A stretch of DNA of 64,000 bases from an uncultured Candidatus Saccharibacteria bacterium (GTDB lineage Bacteria > Patescibacteriota > Andersenbacteria > UBA10190): positions 4,083 through 68,082 of the forward strand of contig CAYJQW010000001.1 of the NCBI GenBank assembly GCA_964372635.1. Reading direction: 5' to 3'. Of the stretch, positions 37,767 to 48,798 are shown piece after piece. Each line of letters begins with the position of its first letter. Position 1 is the stretch's first letter. A program made the position numbers and the translations under genes. Below the pieces are notes generated by a model. It did not search any database, was not told the origin of the DNA, and worked only from the letters and a program-made list of their open reading frames with translations.

Positions 37767-38414
37767 CTAAAATGACAGTGGGACTTTTTCGTCGACCGCT
37801 GGTTGAGGATTAGATTGAATGGTTTCTGGATCTTTGCTCCCGGCTACTTCTGTCTTATTTGAACTATTATTACTTTTTGGGATGATATTACCAATATATT
37901 CTTCCAATAACTGTGTAACTTGGACCAACCGTTTATTCAGCATTTTAGACTCATCCTTGACAACATTTAACTCGGCCAAAGTTTCATAGGCTAGTGTCAC
38001 CGTAGTTTTAGCGGCTTGACTAACATGAGGGAGTTTATCAACTGAAGCGCTGGACGCAAGTTTGGCCGTGCGCTCAATACTAGAGAGCAGTAATTCAGCT
38101 TGCGGGACAACTATCTTGGCGTTATCTTCGTTTTCAGCAATTAAACGGTTCAGATTCTCAGTATCAATCTTAATATAAGCTATGGCTAATTCGATTCTCT
38201 TATCTTCGTCTTTAATAAGCCACTGTTCACTATCACGCTTTAGAGCAATCAACTTTGCCTTAATGGATTGCTGAAGAATTTTATCTGTCGCAATTTTCAC
38301 CACCTGGCCTGGCACGTTAGAAAGTTGATCAGGATGCACTTTGACCTCAACCACGCCACCAATAATCAGTATAATAAGCCCCAAGAAAGCAAGGATTTGA
38401 AGCATACGTATCAT
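37767..38414 (-). CDS. Hypothetical membrane-anchored coiled-coil protein
   Basis: N-terminal TM helix. Confidence 0.4.
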   Translation of the reverse strand: MIRMLQILAFLGLIILIIGGVVEVKVHPDQLSNVPGQVVKIATDKILQQSIKAKLIALKRDSEQWLIKDEDKRIELAIAYIKIDTENLNRLIAENEDNAKIVVPQAELLLSSIERTAKLASSASVDKLPHVSQAAKTTVTLAYETLAELNVVKDESKMLNKRLVQVTQLLEEYIGNIIPKSNNSSNKTEVAGSKDPETIQSNPQPAVDEKVPLSF

Positions 38415-38497
38415 TATTTAATATTAGCCTGCTTGCCTAGATAAGCCTATAGAAGTAGGCTGGCTTATCCCTCGTATTAGCCACAATAAATAAAGCA

Positions 38498-39478
38498 ATG
38501 TCACCCCAGCAAAAAATTATCGTGATCGTTGGACCAACCGGATCAGGTAAGACCAGACTTGGTATTGTACTGGCCAAGGCTTTGGGAGGTGTGGTTGTTT
38601 CGGCGGATTCAAGACAAGTCTATGCTCAAATGAATATTGGTACGGCTAAACCTGAAGCCGCTTGGTCAAAAGTTACACATACTCCATTAGTTCCTGACCA
38701 GGTTGATGTCATTGATCATTACCTTTTTAATATTGCCGAACCTAAAGATAAAGTCTCGGTTGCGTCTTGGCAGAAGGAGACAATGTCTATCGTAAATAAT
38801 TGCTTTAAGAGACAAGAACAACCACTGCTTGTGGGAGGATCAATGCAATATTCTGATAGCATAATAAAAAACTGGCAGATTCCGCGCGTTCAACCCGATG
38901 ATTCTTTCCGTTCCAGAATGAAGAATATTAAAACAGATAAATTGTATGCTGATCTTATTTCCAAGGACGCCGGAGTTATTAATTTTATTGAACGGCATAA
39001 TCGGCGACGCATAATCAGGGCCTTGGAAGTCATAGGCGCAACTGGTCAGCCATTCTCACAGCAACGGCAAGCACTGCCGCCGCCATATAGCGCAATTATT
39101 CTTGGGCTGGCCCCTGATTGGAATAAACTGAAAAATATCTTGGAGCACCGCGCGCGCAATATGTTTGCCCAAGGACTACTTGATGAAACCGAAAATATAC
39201 GTAAGCAATATGGAAATAAGCTGCTCTCGGTGACAACAAACTATCGGCAGGCACTGGCGGTTTTGGCTGGAGACTTGTCAATAAACGAAGCGATTGAAGA
39301 CATAATTAGAACTGACATGCGCTATGCCCGTAGACAAATGCGCTGGTGGCACGGCCGTAGAGAAATTCACTGGTTTGAAACGAATGATTTTGCTTCAATA
39401 AAAAAAGAGGTTCAGAAGGGATTATTCATTACAGCTAAGAACGGTATTAAGAAACCACTTGCAAGCTATTTAGGCTAA
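38498..39478 (+). CDS. miaA: tRNA dimethylallyltransferase
   Basis: P-loop IVIVGPTGSGKT, then ADSRQVYAQMNIGTAKP. Confidence 0.85.
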   Translation: MSPQQKIIVIVGPTGSGKTRLGIVLAKALGGVVVSADSRQVYAQMNIGTAKPEAAWSKVTHTPLVPDQVDVIDHYLFNIAEPKDKVSVASWQKETMSIVNNCFKRQEQPLLVGGSMQYSDSIIKNWQIPRVQPDDSFRSRMKNIKTDKLYADLISKDAGVINFIERHNRRRIIRALEVIGATGQPFSQQRQALPPPYSAIILGLAPDWNKLKNILEHRARNMFAQGLLDETENIRKQYGNKLLSVTTNYRQALAVLAGDLSINEAIEDIIRTDMRYARRQMRWWHGRREIHWFETNDFASIKKEVQKGLFITAKNGIKKPLASYLG

Positions 39479-40966
39479 TTTAGTCTTGAGTATTCTTAAT
39501 ACTTCTTCCGGATTAGCCGTGCCACCTGATTTCGCCATGACCTGCCCCATTAAGTATTGAATGCCCCTTGATTTCCCTGCCTTTATTTTTACGACCACGT
39601 CAGGGTTCTGCTCTATAGTTTGATTTACAAGATTTTCAAGATCTGACATATCGCTGACCTGGCTCAGACCAAGATTTTGAATGATATGATCAGGGTCGCC
39701 ACCAGTTTTTTGCATAGCTTCAATAACCTGTGATATTACACTTTTATTAATTCGCCCTTGGTAAACGAGAACAACGAGCTCGGCAAAATTAGCTGGTGAT
39801 ATATTATTTTTTTGTCCAGGGAGAATTTGCTCTCTCAGTTGACGCAAAATTATTTTGGCGGCAAGTAAGTTTAACCCAGGCAGTTCTGACGGATTAATTT
39901 CTACTAAGTCATTATCAAGCTGCTGTATCTCAGAGACGACTGCTTCATAAAAATTAGCTAGAAGAGGTTTGTCGACAAATAATTGGGCATGCTGATCGCT
40001 GACTCCAAGTTGTCGCATGAATCTTGCTTTTTTAGCGCTGGGTAATTCGGGAATACCAGCGTTAATACCGGCTAAATAATCGGTTGAAAAAGTAAATGTC
40101 GGTATATCTGGTTCAGGAAAGTACCGATAGTCCGCAGCTTCCTCTTTAGTTCGTTGCTCATAGGTAATACCTTTTTTTGCATCAAACCCTCGGGTTGATA
40201 ACTTATTTAGGGGGCCACTTGTCTGCCATATTTTTGTTTGCCGGTCGATTTCATAGGCTAGCGCTTTTTCTACAAACCTAAAAGAATTCAGGTTTTTTAT
40301 TTCCGTTTTAGGGTGCAGCTTCCTGCTGCCCTGCTCTCTTAAAGAAACATTGGCGTCGCATCTCATTTGCCCTTTTTCCATATCAGCATCAGAAACTCCG
40401 ATCGCACGCAGTATTCGCTGGAGTTCCTGTAATAGAATCTTGGCTTCATTCGGCGTACACAAATCGGGTTTAGTGACAATTTCCATTAAAGGTGTCCCCG
40501 CTCTATTAAAATCGATCAAGGTATACGAGGCTTGCCCTGAATTGGTCGAAGGGTGAGTGTTTTTCGCTGCATCTTCTTCAAGGTGGATACGTTCGATGCC
40601 GATTGCGCGCGTCTGACCATCTACCACCAGATCGATCAGGCCAGAGCCCACAAACGGCTGATCATATTGACTGATTTGATAGCCCTTGGGCAGATCCGGA
40701 TAGAAGTAGCTTTTCCGATCAAACTTACTCTCAAGAGCTAAAACGCAATCGAGAGCCGCCCCAGTTTTTTGAGTCCATTCGATGGCAGTTTTGTTTGGTA
40801 CTGGCAGTGTCCCTGGATAACCCATGCAAATCGGACAAATTGCCGTATTAGGTGGTGCCTCGCCAAGGATGTTCGCACACGAACAAAACATTTTTGACTT
40901 AGTCTTTAACTGCACATGTATTTCGAGTCCTATGACTGCTTCCAGTTTCATAAATTTATGGGGCAA
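39470..40966 (-). CDS. gatB: Asp/Glu-tRNA amidotransferase subunit B
   Basis: GLEIHVQLKTKSKMFCSC N-terminus. 498 aa. Confidence 0.85.
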   Translation of the reverse strand: MPHKFMKLEAVIGLEIHVQLKTKSKMFCSCANILGEAPPNTAICPICMGYPGTLPVPNKTAIEWTQKTGAALDCVLALESKFDRKSYFYPDLPKGYQISQYDQPFVGSGLIDLVVDGQTRAIGIERIHLEEDAAKNTHPSTNSGQASYTLIDFNRAGTPLMEIVTKPDLCTPNEAKILLQELQRILRAIGVSDADMEKGQMRCDANVSLREQGSRKLHPKTEIKNLNSFRFVEKALAYEIDRQTKIWQTSGPLNKLSTRGFDAKKGITYEQRTKEEAADYRYFPEPDIPTFTFSTDYLAGINAGIPELPSAKKARFMRQLGVSDQHAQLFVDKPLLANFYEAVVSEIQQLDNDLVEINPSELPGLNLLAAKIILRQLREQILPGQKNNISPANFAELVVLVYQGRINKSVISQVIEAMQKTGGDPDHIIQNLGLSQVSDMSDLENLVNQTIEQNPDVVVKIKAGKSRGIQYLMGQVMAKSGGTANPEEVLRILKTKLA

Positions 40967-41145
40967 ACCTTAAGACATTAGTGTTAATTGCTAACATAGA
41001 AAATTGTTTTTTAGAAACTAGTGAAACCATATGAGACTCTTAGACATAACATGTAATCGATACCAGTATCTAGCATTAGCTCTACTGAGGCAAGAATCAA
41101 CCCCCCCCCTTGATGCTGATGGCTGAATACGGGATACTTATTTAG

Positions 41146-41733
41146 ATGATTCTATCTGACCGCGACATTAGAAAAGCCCTTAAAGCCAAGCGTATCGTTG
41201 TAAAACCATCTCCAAACTTAGACTTACAGCTGGGTAGTTCTAGTCTTGACTTACGCCTAGGCTATCATTTCCGAGTTTTTAAACATCGCCGTCAACCCTT
41301 TATTGATCCACTTAATCCAGAAACAATATCAGGCATGACCGAAGAAGTTAAGATTAGTCGCTCTGAGCCCTATGTTTTGCAGCCAGGGGAATTCACGCTT
41401 GGCTCTATTCTTGAATGGGTAGAACTACCTGACGATATATCTGCCAGAATTGATGGACGAAGCAGTCTGGGACGGCTTGGTTTGGTGATACACTCTACAG
41501 CCGGTCATATTGATGCCGGCTTTCGAGGCTCGATCACAATGGAGCTGACAAATATAGGCATGATGCCAATTCTTCTTTATCCAAAAATGCGTATCTGCCA
41601 ATTAGTTTTCGAGCCGCTCTCTTCTCCGGCTGAACGACCCTACTCTGCTAAACCGGGAGCAAAGTATGCCGGTCAGAGGAAACCGATTGAGACGGCTCTA
41701 GGCACTGAGGCAGACAGTATTAATATCAAATGA
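41146..41733 (+). CDS. dcd: dCTP deaminase
   Basis: MILSDRDIRKAL N-terminus and dUTPase-like fold motifs. Confidence 0.8.
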   Translation: MILSDRDIRKALKAKRIVVKPSPNLDLQLGSSSLDLRLGYHFRVFKHRRQPFIDPLNPETISGMTEEVKISRSEPYVLQPGEFTLGSILEWVELPDDISARIDGRSSLGRLGLVIHSTAGHIDAGFRGSITMELTNIGMMPILLYPKMRICQLVFEPLSSPAERPYSAKPGAKYAGQRKPIETALGTEADSINIK

Positions 41734-41867
41734 CCGTGCTTAAATGTTTTAAGGGCCGCCTGTTAGACGCTTAAATGATTAACATGCCTAGAATTTATTC
41801 GACGTTGGAAAAATCATATTTTTTATAAGTCATTTATTAATGGAGAATAATTTGCAAAATTAAATTA

Positions 41868-42290
41868 ATGATTTCATTTAAAGTGAAAAAATTATCTCCG
41901 GACGCTAAGATGCCTGAGAAGAAGAATGCCACTGACGCTGGCATCGACATATTTACTAACGAGACGTATACACTTAAAGCCGGGGAGTATCACCTGTTTT
42001 CCACCGGCATTGCGGTTGAATTTCCTGACGGCCATGTGGCCTTGCTTTGGGACCGTTCAGGACTGGGCAGTAAGGGTATTCACCGCCTCGCAGGCGTCAT
42101 AGATGCGGCCTATCGCGGCGAATGGAAAGTCGCCCTTATAAACCTTTCCAAGGTTCCGTATGAGGTCAATGCCGGTGATAAAATTATCCAGTGTATCTTC
42201 CAGAGTTTTGTACCTGTTAAGATCACAGAAGCAAACGAATTATCCGATACTCAGCGAGGTACACAAGGCTTTGGAAGTTCCGGCCGATAA
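41868..42290 (+). CDS. dut: dUTP diphosphatase
   Basis: GIDIF, RSGLG.KGI and GDKIIQCIF motifs. Confidence 0.8.
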   Translation: MISFKVKKLSPDAKMPEKKNATDAGIDIFTNETYTLKAGEYHLFSTGIAVEFPDGHVALLWDRSGLGSKGIHRLAGVIDAAYRGEWKVALINLSKVPYEVNAGDKIIQCIFQSFVPVKITEANELSDTQRGTQGFGSSGR

Positions 42291-42367
42291 CATTCGAATA
42301 AATCAACGGCAGTCTCGACCAGAACATCTCCGACAAAAATTGTTGATAAGACCGTATTTAAAATCTT

Positions 42368-42742
42368 CTAAGCCAGGATATTAAGCACTTTTAGAATATC
42401 TTCAAGTGTAATGTAAGTGTGCAGAGCTGTGACAATTTTTGGAATGACCGGTGAGATAACCGACGTTCCCTGATGAAAGGCAATAATATCTTTGCCGCCA
42501 GCAAAGGCCAAACCTAAATCAATGCCACTGCCGGTTGAGGCAACAGATACTTCAGCAATGACTAGATCGGCAGTGGAGATTTGATTAAATCTCTCCGTAA
42601 TATTAACCGAGGAAGCAAGAGGATACTTTATTGCTAAAGTTTCGGTGTGAGAAGCACCAAACATATCAAGAGCCTTAATAAATGTTGAGGATTCCTGGGC
42701 GGCAAGGGAAGAATTGGATACCTGCCAAATTTTCATGGCCAT
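42368..42742 (-). CDS. Nucleoside 2-deoxyribosyltransferase-like protein
   Basis: A ~120-aa Rossmann-like protein, ADLVIAEVSVASTGSGIDLGLAFAGGKDIIAF. The assignment is tentative. Confidence 0.35.
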   Translation of the reverse strand: MAMKIWQVSNSSLAAQESSTFIKALDMFGASHTETLAIKYPLASSVNITERFNQISTADLVIAEVSVASTGSGIDLGLAFAGGKDIIAFHQGTSVISPVIPKIVTALHTYITLEDILKVLNILA

Positions 42743-42786
42743 ATCTGTGCAGCTTATAGGTTTTTATTACTGGGCACCAGTATTTT

Positions 42787-43452
42787 CTAGATAACCCCAG
42801 CCAGGACCTGCCATATTTCAGCCTGCAGCGTTTGACGCGTCTTTTCAATGTTTCGGCTGTTCACACCATTAATTATCACCCAATGCTGCTCACGTCCCAG
42901 ACGAAGATAACTATTACGAATTGCGGTCAATTTACTTTTTGTTTCGAAGTAATCAAGCTTCTTGCCGTGCAGACGTCGCAATGAAACAGCTACAGGCGTA
43001 TCAATAAAAATGGTTAGGTCCGGTCGCGGCAGGGCTGGTTTACCCTCATAGCAAAGCCATGTTATCCAGGCCACCATTTTTTTCCTGGCCATTGGTGAAA
43101 GACCAATAGTTTGGTAGGCCATCGTGCTCGTGCAAAAACGATCGGAAACAATAATTTTGTCTTTGGCAGGTCCAGAAATGACTTCATTCATTTCATCAGC
43201 ACGAGTGAAGAAATCACTAATATACAATAAGGCCTGCTCACGACGAGAAAAAGGATTTTTGTTTTTCTGGAGCAAAAATTTGTCGTAAATAAGACGACCG
43301 GTAGCTCGATTCTCCTGCGGGAAATGCAATGACATCGTCTTATAACCTTCGCCTTTCAGCCGCCTCAACAGTAAATTGGTCTGTGTTTGGCTCCCGCCCG
43401 CATCGAGCGCTTCGATAACAATAAAAAGGCTGCCGGATTTACCTTTGGACAT
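42787..43452 (-). CDS. Thymidylate-kinase-like paralog with a degenerate P-loop
   Basis: Tmk-like fold. Walker A is degenerate at EALDAGGSQTQT and lacks the lysine. DRF replaces DRY. Confidence 0.5.
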   Translation of the reverse strand: MSKGKSGSLFIVIEALDAGGSQTQTNLLLRRLKGEGYKTMSLHFPQENRATGRLIYDKFLLQKNKNPFSRREQALLYISDFFTRADEMNEVISGPAKDKIIVSDRFCTSTMAYQTIGLSPMARKKMVAWITWLCYEGKPALPRPDLTIFIDTPVAVSLRRLHGKKLDYFETKSKLTAIRNSYLRLGREQHWVIINGVNSRNIEKTRQTLQAEIWQVLAGVI

Positions 43453-43461
43453 AAATTATAG

Positions 43462-44205
43462 TTATTGCTGTGCTATTCTCTTACTTAGACTCGTTTTAAG
43501 TGCCGGCAAGCGCTCAAGCAGCCCCTCCCAAACAAGCTCAGCAGTTGCTTCGATGGATATTAGCTCACTGCCAGCAAGACATGGTATCTGCAAAAACCTT
43601 TTAGGATATTCCTTAATGAGAAAATCGTATTCACTATAAAGTCGCTCTTGTAATGCTATGTGATCAGTGTGTTCATCGCCGTGCTTAAGTTTTTCCTTAC
43701 GATGTTCAAGAAGTTCAGCCGAGATACTAGGTGGAACGTCAAGAAAGATTGAAACATCTTCTTGTGGCATACCTCGCTTTTTATATTCTTCTTGACTAAC
43801 GGCTTGATAAATATCGCTGCGAAAATTGTTTATTTCCTTTGGGTTCAAGGCTTCGATGGTAATAAAAGCGAGACTGCTTGGCACGTAGCGATCATAAACA
43901 ACAATCTCACCATGCTCAAGGGCGGCCACGACTTCTTTCTTATGTTCAGCTCGGTTAGCTGCAAAGTATTTCATTTTATTCGTCCACGATTTTTTCTGCC
44001 AATCGCCAAGCCTATTTTGTAAAAGATTTTTTAGTCTTTGACCAGATGGTGTCGTGTAATCAGGTGTTTGAAATTGGTGTACAATATGACCACTATAACG
44101 GAGACGCTCGGCCAATAATTTGCTTTGTGTTTCCTTACCACTTGAGTCTACCCCGTCAAATGAAATCAATAATCCTTGTGGCTTTACTAGAGGAATATTT
44201 GGCAT
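43462..44205 (-). CDS. tmk: Thymidylate kinase
   Basis: ISFDGVDSSGKETQ P-loop and the DRY motif (VVYDRYVPSS). Confidence 0.7.
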   Translation of the reverse strand: MPNIPLVKPQGLLISFDGVDSSGKETQSKLLAERLRYSGHIVHQFQTPDYTTPSGQRLKNLLQNRLGDWQKKSWTNKMKYFAANRAEHKKEVVAALEHGEIVVYDRYVPSSLAFITIEALNPKEINNFRSDIYQAVSQEEYKKRGMPQEDVSIFLDVPPSISAELLEHRKEKLKHGDEHTDHIALQERLYSEYDFLIKEYPKRFLQIPCLAGSELISIEATAELVWEGLLERLPALKTSLSKRIAQQ

Positions 44206-44250
44206 CGCTTAAAAAATGGCGAAAAGGAATATGTATTAGTTATTTGGTAA

Positions 44251-44934
44251 CTACCAAGAGACCTTTATACCAGGGCCCATAGTTGAACTTAAGGTAACTG
44301 TTTTAATTAACTGTCCCTTCATAGTCACAGGTCGTGCTACCTGGATGGCCTCGATGAGCGCAACCACGTTTGCCTCGATTTTCGCAAGATCCCAACTGGC
44401 CCGACCAACAGCTTCGTGGATATTGCCGCCCTGATCCATTTTAAAGGATAATTTTCCGCCCATAAGCTCTTTGACAACTTTTGTAGGGTCCGGATCAACA
44501 GTGCCAGTTTTTGGATTTGGCATCAGTCCCTTAGGTCCGAGGATTCGAGCAATTTTGGCAATCTTGGGCATCATGTCCGGGGTCGCCACTACTATGTCAA
44601 CATCAAGATTCTTGTCCCGCTCTATATCCTTTATTAATTTGTCTGCGCCGGCTAAGACTGCCCCTGCTTGTTTTACAGCCTCTTGCTGCTTTTCATCTTC
44701 AACAAAGACTGCGATCCGCTTACTTTTTGGTGCTCCGGAAGGCATAACCACCGTACCGCGTACGGTCTGCTCCGATTTTTCAGGATTAATGCCAAGATGA
44801 ACATGAATTTCAATTGTTTCATTGAAAGTCTTTCTCGCGTGGTCCTTGATAAACGAAATAGCAGTTTTTAGATCAACCGCTTCTACCGGTGCCGATTTTT
44901 TAATTTCCTGATAGATCTTACCCATATTATTCAA
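44251..44934 (-). CDS. rplA: 50S ribosomal protein L1
   Basis: Conserved L1 core. Standard rplK-rplA order. Confidence 0.85.
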   Translation of the reverse strand: MNNMGKIYQEIKKSAPVEAVDLKTAISFIKDHARKTFNETIEIHVHLGINPEKSEQTVRGTVVMPSGAPKSKRIAVFVEDEKQQEAVKQAGAVLAGADKLIKDIERDKNLDVDIVVATPDMMPKIAKIARILGPKGLMPNPKTGTVDPDPTKVVKELMGGKLSFKMDQGGNIHEAVGRASWDLAKIEANVVALIEAIQVARPVTMKGQLIKTVTLSSTMGPGIKVSW

Positions 44935-45002
44935 ATATTCATCTGCCTTAAGTGGCTAATAATTTTGTGAATTTAAACAACTAACTAAGGTAAACTGTCT
45001 AT

Positions 45003-45422
45003 TTATTCTACAGTTATTCCCATTGACCGAGCCGTGCCGGCAATTATTTTAATAGCCGCTTCGATATCATGAGCTGATAGATCATCCATCTTCCTTTCGG
45101 CAATTTCTCGCACCTGATCCTTGGTGACGCTACCAACTTTTTCAGTATTTGGCGTGGCCGAGCCTTTCTTAACCCCAGCTGCTTTCAGCAGTAGGGTTGA
45201 GGCCGGCGGTGTCTTTAACGTTAAGTCCATGGTGCGGTCCGCGAAAATGGTCACCTCGACCGGAATAATGTCATCGCCCATATCTTTGGTTATATCATTG
45301 AACCTGGCCACAAATTCACCAATATTGACGCCATGCTGACCCAAAGCTGGGCCAACGGGCGGGGCTGGAGTAGCTTTTCCGGCCGGAGCTTGTAATTTAA
45401 CTTTTGTTAATATTTCAGGCAT
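45003..45422 (-). CDS. rplK: 50S ribosomal protein L11
   Basis: [22 protein letters not shown]. Confidence 0.9.
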   Translation of the reverse strand: MPEILTKVKLQAPAGKATPAPPVGPALGQHGVNIGEFVARFNDITKDMGDDIIPVEVTIFADRTMDLTLKTPPASTLLLKAAGVKKGSATPNTEKVGSVTKDQVREIAERKMDDLSAHDIEAAIKIIAGTARSMGITVE

Positions 45423-45509
45423 ATCGTAAGTAAACTAAGTGAGTTTAATGAATACAGCAAGGGGTAATCGAAATTTGCACAAAAATAAAGCCGGTGCATT
45501 AGCTGACTT

Positions 45510-46154
45510 CTAAAGACCTTTTCGTATCTGCAGATAATCGAGTTCAACAGGCGTTTCTCGACCAAAAACGTTTACCAAGACTTTAACGGTGCCTTTAGAG
45601 TCATTGACTTCGGAAATCTTGCCTTCAAAATCTTTGAATGGACCATCCATAATCTTGACTTGATCACCTTCAGTAACATCAATCTTATATTTTGGTTCAT
45701 CTTCACCCATGCGTTTGAATAATCGCTCGATTTCATCATCGGATACCGGGGTTGGTGTTGTGCCCGAACCAACAAAACCGGTAACGTTCGGCGTGTTTCT
45801 GACAACGTACCAGGAATCTTCAGTCACTAGCATATCAACTAAGACATAGCCGGGAAAAAGACGCTCTTCAATGGTACGCCGCTGACCATTTTTAACCCGT
45901 ATTTTCTTCTCTCTTGGCACGACGACTTGAAATATTTTGTCTTCCATTCCCATTGACTCAATACGCTGTCTAAGATTGCGCGCCACATTGTCTTCATATC
46001 CGGAATAAGTATGTAAGACATACCAACGACTTGAATCCGGTCTCTTTTTCACGCCTGATGACTTGGCAGCTGCTGCGTCTTGAGATTCTTCGCCATCATC
46101 TTTAACTGATCGAGGATTCTTGGTCTTAACTTCTTTTTTTATCTTCTTCATCAT
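45510..46154 (-). CDS. nusG: Transcription antiterminator NusG with a ~45-aa basic N-terminal extension
   Basis: RWYVLHTYSGYE NGN domain and a KOW C-terminus. Standard secE-nusG order. Confidence 0.85.
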   Translation of the reverse strand: MMKKIKKEVKTKNPRSVKDDGEESQDAAAAKSSGVKKRPDSSRWYVLHTYSGYEDNVARNLRQRIESMGMEDKIFQVVVPREKKIRVKNGQRRTIEERLFPGYVLVDMLVTEDSWYVVRNTPNVTGFVGSGTTPTPVSDDEIERLFKRMGEDEPKYKIDVTEGDQVKIMDGPFKDFEGKISEVNDSKGTVKVLVNVFGRETPVELDYLQIRKGL

Positions 46155-46172
46155 GATTTTTATTTATGCTAC

Positions 46173-46394
46173 TTAAATAATGAGTAACTCAATAAGGCGA
46201 GATAACGCTAAATCAATGCCTCCAGTCACAACTCCGATGACGATTGAGCTGACGACGACGACGATAGTGTAATTCAAAGTTGTTTGTCGATCCGGCCACG
46301 AAACCTTTTTTAGTTCATCACGAACTTCCTTAATAAACCGGAACACAGTACCCGGTAGATTAGTAATCGTTGTGATAATTTTTTTAGCAGCCAT
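46173..46394 (-). CDS. secE: Preprotein translocase subunit SecE
   Basis: A 73-aa single-TM protein starting at MAAKK. The ORF-track start at 46463 is probably 5'-extended. Confidence 0.7.
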   Translation of the reverse strand: MAAKKIITTITNLPGTVFRFIKEVRDELKKVSWPDRQTTLNYTIVVVVSSIVIGVVTGGIDLALSRLIELLII

Positions 46395-46540
46395 GAAATT
46401 AGAATTAGCCTGTTTAGTAACTACGTTATAATCTGATAAACATCTTAAATTAAGAAAATACATTTAATGCAGGTATCTGATAATTCAGATGCTTTTAACC
46501 CTATGCTGTGGCCGGATTGCTCAATCACCATCTGAGCCGT

Positions 46541-46563
46541 CTTAAAAAAGCCCCCCTTGGGCT
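46541..46563 (-). terminator. Terminator-like GC hairpin plus T5 downstream of gyrB
   Basis: Minus strand: AGCCC-AAGGG-GGGCT, then TTTTT. Confidence 0.4.
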
Positions 46564-46648
46564 CATAGAAAATGTACAACACTTAGTTCTCTAGTGCAAA
46601 TCAAGACCTTCTTAAAGTTAAGCTATATTTTTACTCTAAAGACGCCGT

Positions 46649-48697
<2,049 letters not shown>

Positions 48698-48798
48698 TTA
48701 AATCCACGCCTCTTGTTTATTTAAATTATAGCACGGTCAGATCATTTTGAGTAGTGGACAAACACCTTATTTGTAGGCTCTATTGAGCCACTATATTT

